A DNA stretch of 64,000 nt from Antedon mediterranea (GCF_964355755.1 NC_092672.1:19295237-19359236), one strand, 5' to 3'; shown: positions 47,787 to 61,720, numbered from the stretch's first letter. Numbers and translations: made by a program. Notes: a model not told the origin generated them from the sequence alone.

Positions 47787-50031
47787 CAGGGGCGGTCGCA
47801 GGACTATTTTAAGAGAGTTGCCCAAAGAGTCTATAAGGCTGTGTAGACACTGAGTATTTGAGCCACAGGCGAAGCAAATTGTTAAAAGACACCCCCTAGA
47901 TGACCGCAAATGGTACTCTCGCACGTAAAATTCATGATAAATTGCACCTCTAGTTCGCCGGAAATGTCACTTATAGCGCTAGCAAACAGAGGATTGTAGC
48001 CTATAACATACGCGACTAACAATATAGGATAACGTCACGGGGAAGTCCCCGTAAATTAGTAAATTACCAATGGTTTATTCAAATTCAACACTGTAACTAA
48101 TCCCTCGCTATTCAATTAAAATTGTATTATTACTACTATATTGTTGAAAATGGATTGCGTGATATGAAAATGAATTGATAGTAAAACGTAACAAAGATAC
48201 GTTCTTGTCTGGTTATTAGGTATTCATGCTCTGATGAAGCGGAGGATTAATTTTGTAGAGTTCCATTTAAAATAGATTTTGTTACAAAGAAATATTTTGG
48301 TTGTGGAGGTCGTTAAATTCGTTGGCGCCAGCATTACTTCTTTTACCAATTTTAACAATTAAGCTAACAACAAAACTCTGTAACTACTTTAAGCCTATCA
48401 AGATCCGGTTCTTGCAAAGAACTATACATTCATTTCAATATTTCAATATTCATTTCGTAGCAACAACTGCGCACCTCTCTTTGAGGTCAACTTTAATATC
48501 ACGATCACATGCCGCTATTGACTTTGGCCGTGACGTTACAAAAGCTGTTCCTCAGTTAGTGCAGGTCTTTCTGTACTGTAGACAATAGGATATTACTGAA
48601 GTCTATATTTATTCACTCAAAATTACACAGATACTATTTTAGAAAAACACACAGGATTCTCGATTTAAATGTATATATTACCAATACCTTACCTGTTATA
48701 GACCTTTTGAAGAAATTGTATTATTTGGTGCCAATCATTGAGTTAATTAAAACACACACACTTACAAACACTATCACAATCCAGGCACAATACCAAAACA
48801 AGAGACACTTTTTTTTGACACAAGAATCATAAAGATGAACGCACTATAACAACAACATGTTATAGACAGGCTACTATAAAATAGTTTCAAACAATCATAT
48901 GACAAACACATTAACACATCCAAGAGAGAGGGCAGTCAATACGAGTACTAACTCACTTGCCTCCTGATTTACGTAAAGGTAAGAAATTACAAAACACGGT
49001 ACTACCTATAAAACATTTTTCATATATACAGCAACACAATAGCGATAAGACGGAAGTTGCCTTAATTAAGCCTGTTTCCTGTCGACGTTATTATTCGACG
49101 CTATCGTCCGTCGTCGTTGATCGTTAACAGTTCAACGACGATCGTTTGAAAACGATCAAGTTGAAATGATAACGATACCGAGTACCTTTTTCTGTAAATC
49201 GTTAACATTTCAATGTTTACGTAGAAGATCGTCGATTATTGTTAACGATAGCGTCGAAAAACGTCGACAGGAAAACAGGCTTTAAGATACCGGAATTACT
49301 TGTATGCAATTGACACGCAGTAATTTGAAGGCAATTCCGTTTGAATCGTGTTTGTAGTTTGTTGACGCGCGCGTGTTGTGTTTAAAATGTTACTTGTAAT
49401 ACTAATTGCAGATTCATTTGGACCTTCCCATAATGCATTAGTGCGTGGAGTTTCATTCATCATTATATCATACTGTAGTGCTATACAGTAGTCTTTTTTT
49501 TTGTTATCACGTGACATACAATTTCCAGAATTCATTTTCATTTATCCACTATATAAACTGTACAACCACGGACACTCCAGAAAAGAAAATATGATCGAAA
49601 TTTGCAGAAAGAAGCAATATTATAAAACACTATTTCAAAGTTCGGAACGTTCGTAATTTTTACGGAAATTCGCCCAACTATTACGGACGTAGAGAAATGA
49701 AGACACATAGGGGCTAGGGTACTACGAATGATGGGGAATCCCCGGCAAAATGTAATGATTATGGCTAAATCAACGACCCGTGTGACGGGGGTTTACCACG
49801 ATCACAGTGTGTAGTGGCACTTCTCACGCACACAAGCAATCCAAACAGACGGTCAACAAACACAACAAAAACGTTAGTTTTCCAACCCTGAACTTCTATA
49901 ACGTTAATGATTAATATAAATATATGATGAAATGGGATCTAAATTTTAATTTAGTGGCAGAAAAAAATATTTAATATGAAATTAAAGGTGTTGCCCGGGC
50001 AACTGGGGCAACACCCCTGCGTCCGCCCCTA
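47787..50031. mobile_element. Possible old hAT-like element
   Basis: Ends CAGGGGCGGTCGCAGG / CCTGCGTCCGCCCCTA; no TSD. Confidence 0.45.
49069..49281. mobile_element. 213-bp Harbinger-type MITE
   Basis: TIR AGCCTGTTT(T)CCTGTCGACGTT; TSD TTA. Confidence 0.8.
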
Positions 50032-50446
50032 CTGTATAGTCAAGTGCCTATGAAAATTATCCCGTTAGGCCTACATTTTATTAAAACGTATTACTATTAA
50101 AATATTAACAATGCTGCAGCATTTCATGACCCTTGTTGTTTTATTTGCTTTCCCGTCGATGATTCTCATAAACAAATCGCGATGACAAAAGAGGTGTTTT
50201 GTTTTTTTCAAATCACTAAATATAATGTAATGATGATCGAGCCGGACCGCTAATTTTTAAACCACCAGGTCGTTGAATATGCCGTGATTTTAATTGTCAA
50301 AAACATGATGTCAGTCGATGGCTCGGAGTTTCGATAAATCTCGCGTCGCATGTGTTGCGTGGTGGTGGAAAACACTATCAGCAAGTTTGCTTCATTAATA
50401 TGAGACTCTGTGAAGACCCGCTTTAACGTGACGTCATTTTACTTTA

Positions 50447-52654
50447 AGGCTGGTTTCCTGTCGACGTAAGAAGTCGAATTTTGCAACGATTCTTGCGTTT
50501 CATACGTTTCTTACGTCTCTTACGAAAGTTGAGAAAAAATTGACGTCGTTGACGTTAGTCAAGATCGTGTCGGGCCGCAGAGAAACATCTGTAGTTATGC
50601 TGCTCCCGAAAGTTGAAATTTTGGCTGTGAAACACACGTCGTATGCTTACGTCGATTTTAGTGTTGTTACGAAAGTTGAAATTTTTTTCTTACGTCGGTC
50701 GGATTTATGACGTATTTGAAACAACATCTCTGATTGGTGTTTCTTTTTAGAGCGGGTTTTATCATTTTTCGCGCAAAATGTTGAATGTTGTTATTGTATA
50801 GCCTACCTGTCAGTGCAGCACACCAACATGTTATTTTAAGTAGATAAGCTAGGCCCTAGTATTAGTAAAATACTTAATGAATACTGTACGGTACCGTACT
50901 AATAGGAATTGATTTGACCAAATAATCAAACTAGCCTAGGCTAGTAGGCCTATGTATTATTTGTATGAATCAAAATATGAATTCATTATCCTGGCCCTCT
51001 AGGCCTAGCCTTAAATAGTTTTCAAAATTAAAAAAAGGCAAATCATTTCGAGATTCCTATTATTATTAGACCTACCCTAGACTAGGCATTGGCCTATTGG
51101 CCTATAAGCATATCTAATCGAGCATGAGATAGTACTACCGCAGTAAGATACCCATTATTTACAGGCCTATAATCTATATATAAATTTACGTAAGGGCAAA
51201 ATTCGGTAAATCGCGCTTTACTTCTAGAATTTTTACTCGATGGTATATAAAGTTGGTTCGTACTTTCGGTACTGATTTTAACCACCTGATGTAACCCTGT
51301 TTACTAATTAAATTAAGTTAGATAATTAGTTATTGACGATTAAAACGAATTTAGGTTCAACGATTTGCCCCAAATAGGGGTGTTTTCCGATCGTGGTATA
51401 CACTGTCTAATAATGGATGTCCAGCTGGAAAAATACCCGCCACAAAAATGCGAGGAGGCTTCGCATTTTCCTATCTCCTCCTACGATAATTGTTTTTAAT
51501 AGCTGAAAACCGGTTGAACAGCTAGAGTACAGCATCATAATGTTGAAGACAGGCCGATTTTCTTTAAAAAATACTATTTTGATTTAATATATGATTATAC
51601 AAATGTATTGATTTGCGATGAATGGAACATCCCAATCTCTCAGTCTGCCAGAGTTTGGTTTAACACAAGTAGGTACATTTATGAGCCCTTGGTTTAACAC
51701 ATACGGTAGGTAAATATATGGGCCCTTTGAGAATAAACTTGAACAATACTGTAAATACCTATTATAATTACCTATTTTTGGTCCTCATTTGAATCGAACA
51801 TTTCTTACTGTGAATGTTCGTACTGTTAGATGTAATATAAAAATATATACAAATAAACTTATTACTGAGATTGTGGATAGGCTCTACTGTTAGATATATA
51901 AACACATTATTATATACAAATAAACTATACTGACAGTTCCTTCTCAACGTTTGTATTAATTAATAATTACCAAAAATATAAACGTCGTAGTGGTGTATCG
52001 TGACTATATTTCAATCGATTATGACAGTGACAATTTTAACAAAGTATTAAATCGCAAATGTTTTACTGTATATATTTAGAGGTATATTATTTATAGGCCT
52101 ATAAAACATGAAAAAAATATTTCGTTACTGAGTGCATAAAGAATATATTTAAAAATTGTTCCTCTTTGCACCTATCCGCTTTCCCATCCCTCAACCCTAA
52201 AACTCCCTAATTAGAACATGATTAGGCTAAAATTATAGTAGTAAATACATACAAATGTTATTGTCCGGCTTTATTTCACTATAAGGACATACACATTACG
52301 TCATAACTCTTGTCGCTCATTGGTTGCTTGTTACGATTACGCTTACGTCTCTTGCGAAAGTTGACTTCAAGTCAACTTTCGTAAGAGACGTAAGAAACGT
52401 GACGCAAGGGCGTTCATTCAAGCGTAAGATAAAAAATCCCGGTTTCCTGTAAAATCGGAAGAAAACGTCGTAACGCAACAATTGTTAGGTCATCGGTTTC
52501 CTGTAAAATCGTTTGTCGTTACCATTTTTCTTACGTTGCGTCGATTTTATAAATTTTCGATCGTAATCGGTTTCCTGTAAAATCCGCATTTCTTACGACA
52601 AATCGACGTAGTCGCAACAAAAGTGATGTTCTTACGTCGACAGGAAACCAGCCT
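50447..52654. mobile_element. Harbinger-type MITE with ~1 kb foreign internal segment
   Basis: TIR AGGCTGGTTTCCTGTCGACGTAAGAA; TSD TTA; ~51180-52200 is not shared with sibling copies. Confidence 0.88.
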
Positions 52655-52841
52655 TTAGCTGCATGCGATCGAAGAAGTAGTCGTCACCGCGATCAATCCG
52701 GCGCGCGTGTAAGAAAATAATACAGGCGGCCTAGGCTAGGACAAGTTTATAAAAGCTGAAAAACATCGTCGCGTTGTAAAAATGTAGATGTAAAGTACAG
52801 GCAAGTTGTTAGCTTGCTTTTGGTAGGCCTACTCTAGGTAA

Positions 52842-54224
52842 AGGCTGGTTTCCTGTCGACGTAAGAAGTCGAATTTTGCAACGATTCTTGCGTTTCATAC
52901 GTTTCTTACGTCTCTTACGAAAGTTGAGAAAAAATTGACGTCGTTGACGTTAGTCAAGATCGTGTCGGGCCACAGAGAAACATCTGTAGTTATGCTGCTC
53001 CCGAAAGTTGAAATTTTGGCTGTGAAACACACGTCGTATGCTTACGTCGATTTTAGTGTTGTTACGAAAGTTGAAATTTTTTTCTTACGTCGGTCGGATT
53101 TATGACGTATTTGAAACAACATCTATGATTGGTGTTTCTTTTTAGAGCGGGTTTTATCATTTTTCGCGCGAAATGTTGAATGTTGTTATTGTACCTGTAG
53201 CTACTCAGTGTCAGTGCAGCACACCAACATATTATTTTTAGTAGATAGGCTAGGCCCTAGTATTAGTGATAATACTTAATTAATACTGTACTAATAGGAA
53301 TGGATTTGACCAAAATATAATCAAACTAGCCAAGGAGCCAGGCTAATAGGCTAGGCCTATGCACTATTGTATGAACCAAAATATGAATTAATTATTTTGG
53401 CCTTAGTAAGCCTAGCCTTAAATAGTTTTCAAAATTAAAAAACGGCAAATCATTTCGGGATTCCTATTATTATTAGACCTACCTATGGGCCCAGGCATAC
53501 CAAAATATAATTTATATTGACAAAACAATATAAATTATACAAAATCAAGCAAACATTTCTATATCTTATATATATATCTTATCTTGTTGCAAATGTTCAT
53601 TTTCGCGACGTTTCTACCGACAAATAGAACAGAAGAATGTCGAATGTTTCAATGCGGATTGTTTATTGCACGTCCATAAATAAGAGTATTATATTTTGAT
53701 ATGAGTTGTAAACTCCCTGATTAGAACAATATTATATTGAAACTACTGTGCATTTGTAAAGTATGTACATTGTACAACATCGTAAAGTGGGCTAAAATTG
53801 TGGTAGTACGGTAAATACATACAAATGTTATTGTCCGGCTATATTTCACTGTAAGGTCATACACATTACGTCATAACTCTTGTCGCTCATTGGTTGCTTG
53901 TTACGATTGCGCTTACGTCTCTTGCGAAAGTTGACTTCAAGTCAACTTTCGTAAGAGACGTAAGAAACGTGACGCAAGGGCGTTCATTCAAGCGTAAGAT
54001 AAAAAATCCCGGTTTCCTGTAAAATCGGAAGAAAACGTCGTAACGCAACAATTGTTAGGTCATCGGTTTCCTGTAAAATCGTTTGTCGTTACCATTTTTC
54101 TTACGTTACGTCGATTTTATAAATTTTCGATCGTAATCGGTTTCCTGTAAAATCCGCATTTCTTACGACAAATCGACGTAGTCGCAACAAAAGTGATGTT
54201 CTTACGTCGACAGGAAACCAGCCT
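52842..54224. mobile_element. Harbinger-type MITE, complete 1.38-kb copy
   Basis: Same TIR; TSD TAA. Confidence 0.92.
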
Positions 54225-54479
54225 TAAGTATCAGCTGCATGTGCCACATGTCGTGATTTGCGAGCTTTAGAGTGTTTGGTAAATGACATTATGAAATGTT
54301 TGTCAATCGTTTTAAACGACTTACAATGCGCTAGAACGCCAAAATTTCCAGGGGAGGGGCCCTCGGCCCCTGGACCCCCACCGGGGTCCCTTGGCGGCCC
54401 CCTCGCCCCCAGCCAATGTTTGCTCGCTTCGCTCGCAAAGCTACGCCACCCCTATTTCAATATCCTGGATCCGCCCCTG

Positions 54480-54887
54480 GTATTGTTAGGATGTTAAATG
54501 TATCTGACGCAGTTGAACTTTGATGTGCTTGTCATGAACACATTGGTGCATCTATCTGGGATGTATTGTTAGGATGTTAAATGTATCTGACGCAGTTGAA
54601 CTTTGATGTGCTTTGTCATGAACACATTGGTGCATCTATCGGGGATGTATTGTTAGGATGTTAAATGTATCTGACGCAGTTGAACTTTGATGTGCTTGTC
54701 ATGAACACATTGGTGCATCTATCTGGGATGTATTGTTAGGATGTTAAATGTATCTGACGCAGTTGAACTTTGATGTGCTTGTCATGAACACATTGGTGCA
54801 TCTATCTGGGATGTATTGTTAGGATGTTAAATGTATCTGACGCAGTTGAACTTTGATGTGCTTGTCATGAACACATTGGTGCACCTA
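54480..54887. repeat. 83-bp tandem repeat, ~5 copies
   Basis: gtattgttaggatgttaaatgtatctgacgcagttgaactttgatgtgc... at 54480, 54563, 54647, 54730 and 54813. Confidence 0.95.
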
Positions 54888-55339
54888 TTGTCCACTATAT
54901 TGCATACCATCATTAAAGGACGTGCCATGAAGTCATATGATCCCTCTTATTGTCCGAATGTGGTTAAACAACTTTTATATTTTTTCTAAACATTTAATAA
55001 CATATTTTATGGTTACTGTATCTCGAAATATTATAAAAATAAATTATTACTACAACACCCTATTATATGCAATTGCTATGATTAAAAAAATTCATGCAAT
55101 CTCATATAGTATCAAATAAAACTTATTTATGATAGAAATTTCATGATAGAATGGGCCTTTGATAATCTTTTTGAAATTGGTCTATATAAATGTTTGGTTA
55201 TTATTATTATTGTAGAATTTACAAAAGCAACAAACAATGAACGTTTAGCTTTTTTTTAAATTTGCGAATTTTTGAACTTGCTGTATTAATTGATTATATC
55301 AAGCAAAGTACAGAATATAACTGTTTATAATATACTTAA

Positions 55340-55843
55340 AGATGTATTGTCCTTGAAACACAAAAAAATGAAGGTCAAAATATTCTAAATTTAAAGTGGC
55401 CATATCAAAGTAATATTAAAGTTATTCACTTTAAGTCAAAAATTTTAGCCAAAAACAACAAGTTTACGTAATTAACAGGTAAATTAGTTTGATTACATTT
55501 CATCTGGAAAATCGTCACGAGCGAAAGTAAACAAAGATTTCAAACCATTAGTACGCATTATGCATATGCTAAATTAGGATTGTTTACAACTCGTCAAGGT
55601 TAAGAAGGTATTTTCACACAGATCGCGAGGAAGTTTTATGATTATGCATACAGAGTAGCCAAACAAGCGCGTTTCATTATGGGATATGTTTTGATTGAAA
55701 ACTTTGACTGAATGTTAATTTTTTTTTTTCACAAAATTGTTGGTGATATTTAATAACTATTATGATACTTCAAAATGACACACCTTTTTTCGAAATCTTT
55801 TATTTTTTATTTTTTTAGAATTAGTCAAAGGGACAATACATCT
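55340..55843. mobile_element. Kolobok-type MITE
   Basis: TTAA flanks; TIR AGATGTATTGTCC. Confidence 0.85.
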
Positions 55844-57706
55844 TTAATAAGATAATAAATTACTAACTTCTATCATAATTAATTATGGAAAACTACAGAA
55901 GTATTGTAAATTAGAAATGTAAAAGTATGAATATATTCACTGTGATGTAACACATACACATCTATCAGACACACACTGCAGAATAAGAGTAATTTTCAGA
56001 ATAATCATAATAATTAATAGGTCTAGACATGGAGCTATAGAAGGGAGGCCATTGCCCCTGTATCCCTCTCCTCTATTGATCTAGCATTTGCCTGCATCAT
56101 AGGTTTTTAAGATTGATATTATGTCTATTAGGGCCCTGTTCAGACCCATGGCGTTAGACCGTTTTAGCGTACGACGCTAAAAGAATGTGTGTCTGAAAAG
56201 TTGGGGATTAGCGTACAACGCGTCGTACAACGGTTGTAGCGTTGTAGTGGAAAACGGTTGATAGTACCGTTTTAGCGTACGACGCTACTGTAAGTCAACG
56301 TTGTATCCAATCAGAACGTTTCCTGTTATGACGCGAAACAAGGTTTGACCTAGGCTGACATCTTGTATCGTCACTGTGTGTAATGGATTTCAATAACAAA
56401 AAGGCCAGAATAAATAAAGCCTAACTACACTACAAATACAACTGTTACAAAGGCTACAAACTATTATCAACTGATTACCATTATATTTTCTAACAAATGA
56501 CATAAATACATGCACCTTGTATTTAAACATAGGGACTACGATCCCATCCGCTTTTAGGCCTAGCTAGGCCTAGAGCCATTCACGCATTTCATTCAAACTA
56601 AAAACTAGCGTGGGACATCAAGTCACTCATTCATACAAGGCAGACTAGACTGGACAAGTTTAATGCTGAAACCCCCTAACTCCTAAAAAAGATCAGTAAA
56701 CAAACAAGGGGAGCTGTGTCCCTTTTATTAGCAAGTTAAGGGTTATTTTCAACCGACTGGACCAAAGAATATATATCTTTGACTGGACTGGATAGACTAA
56801 TCACAATCATTTTTTTCTTCATCATTATTACGAGGCCTGCTTTATTTTCGTAACACAAGAGCCTGGGGAAAATGTTTTTTACTACAAAATAAAAACAATA
56901 GAAACAGAAATTCGGCTTTACTATATTTTTCTTAAATAAATGCTGAGGTATGTTTTATTTATGGCAAATTTTGTCATAATTGTAGGGCTGAGATCTAGGC
57001 CTATATACAGTGGAAATAATGATGAAAACACGTGGGTAAGAGCACATGAATATGCAACTAGAAACAACCTGGATGACGTACTTCCGTTGTAACAATAATC
57101 GTATGCTATGGGTCTGAACACCTCGTTTTTTTCTCTGCGGTTTGTAACGTGACCTTGATAGTAACGTTGTACGCTAAAACGGTCTAACGCCATGGGTCTG
57201 AACAGGGCCTAAGATTCCATATACTACACTTAACAGCTTTTTGTGTTTTGTACTACAATTCCAAAGAAAATCAAATCGAGTTTTGTAAATGAATTGTATA
57301 GAATTCTAAAGTGAAATTCAATAGAATACTTGTGCACAGACCGTGGACACGTTTTTGTGTCAGGTCAGGTACTATTCATTGTGAATACTATAATATAAAA
57401 ATACTTTAAAGTCGAGTAGACAGTTGGTGCTATGAATTGATTGATTTCAGACAAATAGAAAGTCAGTCCAGTTATTGTGAATTACCAGATTATTCCAGTT
57501 TAGCCAATAATAATGTAAGTTTGCAATGTAGATGTGAAGTACAGTAAGAAATACAGTATATTGCTAGTTTTATAGATCAATTTTATAAATTTGATTTATA
57601 TTATTTTATAATTTTGATTATTAAGAGTTTTAAGGTAGAAGGAAGCTGAAATAAGCTGGTTGAGAATTGAAATGTTTGGATACAAGAGAAGAAAATTAAA
57701 TGGGTT
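55844..57706 (-). pseudogene. Degenerate paralog B of the local duplicated family
   Basis: Colinear with 20361-21880 apart from one deletion and copy-specific insertions; minus-strand LHYYWLNWNNL is LRR-like. Confidence 0.5.
56132..57209. mobile_element. Harbinger-type MITE
   Basis: ~39-bp TIR GGCCCTGTTCAGACCCATGGCGTTAGACCGTTTTAGCGTAC; flanks TAG/TAA; empty site in the paralog near 21028. Confidence 0.85.
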
Positions 57707-57954
57707 CATGATTGACAGTTTTATTAAATTCAGACAATGCTAGCTAATAGAAACATCTGTTGTTAATGCCAGTATAGAAAAAAAAACAACATAAAGCCTA
57801 AAAGAGAAAATGATCACCAGTTTGTAGGTTTAGGAGAACACTTTAATATAGTTTAACTCTATTTTCTTTAACATAACATTTGTGATAGCCTGATAGTTTT
57901 GTAGACGTCTTAGTCAAAGTAAAGAGTGGCCTACTGTATCTTTTAAGCTGCTTG

Positions 57955-60900
57955 GTCTGTTTTGTAGGTCTGTCAGTCTTTTAAACATGTAACACAGGTT
58001 AGATCTAGTATACCAATTGATTTCTGTAGGTCTGTCAGTCTTTTAAACATATAACAGGTTAAATCTGATATACCAATTGATTTCTGTAGGTCTGTCAGTC
58101 TTTTAAACATGTAACACATTAGATCTTATATACCAATTGATTCCTGTAGGTCTGTCAGTCTTTTAAACATATAACAGGTTAGATCTGGTATACCAATTGA
58201 TTTCTGTAGGTCTGTCAGTCTTTTAAACATGTAACACATTAGATCTTATATACCAATTGATTCCTGTAGGTCTTTCAGTCTTTTAAACATGTAACAGGTT
58301 AAATCTGATATACCAATTGATTTCTGTAGGTCTGTCAGTCTTTTAAACATGTAACGCATTAGATCTTATATACCAATTGTGACCCGATCTGGCAAAACCC
58401 TACTTTTGTCGGAAATATTCATTTTTTATTTTTTTATATATTTGGATTATTTTAATCATAAGCTTTGTAGTGGTGTTAATTTCATAAAAATTGAGTAAAT
58501 ATTTAAAAAGTTATTACATTTTAAAAACTTACAAATCATTCAATTAGTTTACGAGAAAATCGCGTTTGAAGTTTGCAATAATGAAATTCTTTTTGATACG
58601 CGCTGAAAACTCGCTCCGTAGCAACGCGCTATTTTGGTCTAAGGCACAATGACGTCATACCAGGAAGTGTGTGCGATATAGCAGCAGCGTGGACACTATG
58701 GTCAATTTGACTGATTTCAGACGCCGTTTTAACCTCTTTAGTCACTCGAATTAACTATTTTGCACTATTGAAAAGCAGCATTATAACTACCAAGCTAATG
58801 TTAACTGGTTTCGGAAGTGTTTACGATATCAACGGCAAAAAACCAAGCAGGCCTAGGCCTAGGCGCGCCTATTCAGATTTTCGCCGTCATCGCCTGTGTT
58901 AAGACCTACTGATGATGGGTGTTCATCAGGCCGTGTATGGCAGCGGTGCATCGACACGGGGGCTAGCGTTAGTCTAGACAAGTTATGCGCCTTGCAGAGT
59001 CAAAGCTAATTGCAAGCTAACATTACACTGTATTGACGATTACATTTGTTTTTTTTTATAACGTGGAAGATTCGCTGTGATGTTTGGGCTTGAATCCAAT
59101 GATTTAAAAAAACATTTAATAATGAAAGGAATGGACAATAAATTAAATAAATAATTAAGAGCCGATTGGATATATAAAATGTATAAATAAAACTATTGAC
59201 AATAATATAAAGCTAGGCCCAGTAGTAGTAGGCCTACAACCATAGTAAAATTAGGCCTAGGGCATACTAGCCCAAAAAAATATAGAAAATACAATTGAAT
59301 TTATGACGTGAATTGTTTTTGACTTGTCTATTTTACTATGGAATAAACAAATACACACTACAGCTATTGCAGAACACTTTACTTTGAATATTAAAATCGT
59401 TTTTATTCCAATTTAAGACATGCTGTGTGTAAAATAAAAATAACCTCACAAAAATGTAAACAACTTTTTATTTCCGCGCGTAGAGCGTATAACATCTAGC
59501 GCGTTGACCAATAACGTTTGTTATTGCGATGATGCGCCATAGCAACACTCGCAGTTCGCTGTTCCAGAAACTTCGAAGAACCGAATTTTCTGAAATGATG
59601 TCATAGTAAATCAAAGTTTTCATTGGTTCCTTCTTTAAACTCCGCCCTAAAACTTCCATATTTGGAATGTCAAATGGATGAGCTTTATTTTGATGTGTGA
59701 CCTTTCAACATTGTGCAGCGAACTGGCGATCAAAATGTCGTAAAACTCGGCAACTTTCAACTGAATTTACGCAAAATTTTAGCGTAGATCGTGAATAAAT
59801 TGTTAGGCTTGAGGAAAATATATGTTTTTAAAACTCTCTTTTTTCATAATTTTAGTTAAATTTCGGGAGTTTAAATCAGGTAGACGTATTCTTAGATAGT
59901 GAAATATTTCGAAAATGCAAAAACATGTAATCTGCCAGGGTAGTCGATTTGGACGTATTTTGACTGATTACGTGAATTTTGAATTGCCGACAAAGAGAGG
60001 GTTTTGACAGATCGGGTCACAATTGATTCCTGTAGGTCTTTCAGTCTTTTAAACATGTAACAGGTTAAATCTGATATACCAATTGATTCCTGTAGGTCGG
60101 TCAGTCTTTTAAACATATAACAGGTTAAATCTGATACCAATTGATTCCTGTAGGTCTGTCAGTCTGTCAGTCTTTTAAACATATAACAGGTTAAATCTGA
60201 TATACCAATTGATTCCTGTAGGTCTGTCAGTCTTTTAAACATGTAACAGGTTAGATCTGATATACCAATTGATTTCTGTAGGTCTGTTAAATTAGTTTTT
60301 TAGACATTTAACAGGTAAAATCTGATATACCAATTGATTCCTGTAGGTCGGTCAGTCTTTTAAACATATAACAGGTTAAATCTGATATACCAATTGATTC
60401 CTGTAGGTCTGTCAGTCTTTTAAACATATAACAGGTTAAATCTGATATACCAATTGATTCCTGTAGGTCTGTCAGTCTTTTAAACATATAACACGTTAAA
60501 TCTGATATACCAATTGATTCCTGTAGGTCTGTCAGTCTTTTAGACATTTAGAAGGTTAGTAGATCTGATATACCAATTGATTCCTGTAGGTCTGTCAGTC
60601 TTTTAAACATGTAACAGGTTAGATCTGATATACCAATTGATTTCTGTAGGTCTGTCAGTCTTTTAAACATATAACAGGTTAAATCTGATATACCAATTGA
60701 TTCCTGTAGGTCTGTCAGTCTTTTAAACATATAACAGGTTAAATCTGATATACCAATTGATTCCTGTAGGTCTGTCAGTCTTTTAAACATAATAACAGGT
60801 TAAATCTGATATACCAATTGATTCCTGTAGGTCTGTCAGTCTTTTAAACATATAACAGGTTAAATCTGATATACCAATTGATTCCTGTAGGTCTGTCAGT

Positions 60901-61092
60901 CTTTTAAACATGTAACAGGTTAGATCTGATATACCAATTGATTTCTGTAGGTCTGTCAGTCTTGTAAACATTTATCACATTAGATCTTAATATATACCAA
61001 TTTATTCCTGTTGGTCTGTCAGTTTTTTAAACAGGTAACAGGTTAGATCTAGTATACCAACAGACCTACAGAAATCAATTGGTATACTAGAT
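57955..61092. repeat. ~60-bp satellite array, roughly two dozen units, split by a transposon
   Basis: Unit ctgtaggtctgtcagtcttttaaacatataacaggttaaatctgatataccaattgattc; an inverted partial unit lies at 61061-61092. Confidence 0.95.
58379..60020. mobile_element. Non-autonomous TIR element, Sola1-like (AWWT target)
   Basis: TIR GTGACCCGATCTG(G/T)CAAAACCC; 4-bp TSD AATT within a satellite unit. Confidence 0.82.
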
Positions 61093-61249
61093 ATAATGTG
61101 TTAAATGTTTTATTATTTTTTCTGTCTTAACTTTCAGTCCTGTAGTTACCATACTGAGAATTTTCCTAAAATGTGTAGTAATTAAATTAAAATACTATTT
61201 ATTTTTTTTGCCTAAAGTAGCAATTATTTACTAATAAAAACTGTTTCCC

Positions 61250-61720
61250 TCTAGTACTTTTTAGGGGTTTTATAGAAATTTAATAACGGAATTCTAAAGG
61301 AAATTCCACATTGTATTGTGAATTGTACATCAACAGAAAGAAGTGCATAGACCGTGCAAAAGTTGTTGTGACATCATAGTTAAAGTCAACAAGCATATTA
61401 TGTGAATTAACACTAAATATGAAAATAGACTGTAAGGAGTGGTAGGCAGTTGGTGCTACAAATTGGTTGAATTTTGAGTTGATTGGTAAAGTCAGTATAG
61501 TTATCAAGATTTCAAGTTGAGTCTGTAATTTATAAGTTTGCATTGTAGTTCATATTAAAGCAAGAAATACTACCCTAACTATTATCATATTATTATATTA
61601 TAAAAATAAAAAAAAAATAAAAAAATATCAGATCAATTTATTTACAAATATGATTTGTAATTTACAGTGTACAGTAGTATAGAAGGCTGCAATGAGCAGG
61701 TTTGAAAATAAACACTGAAA
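61250..61720 (-). pseudogene. More diverged paralog C, LRR-like
   Basis: Shares gtgca(c/t)agaccgtg, cagttggtgcta and aagtttgca with paralogs A and B. ORF 61280-61543 contains NQFVAPTAYHSLQSIFIFSVNSHN. Confidence 0.4.

Noticed and set aside
48300-48600. Possible transposase relic inside the 47787-50031 element
   Set aside because: No convincing motif in any frame by eye.
31605-55843. One giant Kolobok from 31605 to the right end at 55843
   Set aside because: The 55843 terminus diverges after ~14 bp and pairs with its own left end at 55340.
59892-60971. Repetitive ORFs (SDLTCYMFKRLTDLQESIGI)n as a real gene
   Set aside because: Produced by a 60-bp unit; frames are broken by 59-bp variants, stops and a transposon.
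57955-61060. CRISPR-like regular repeats (also 1891-2072, 54480-54887, 62750-63703)
   Set aside because: Head-to-tail units with no unique spacers, no cas genes, and a eukaryotic context; these are satellites.
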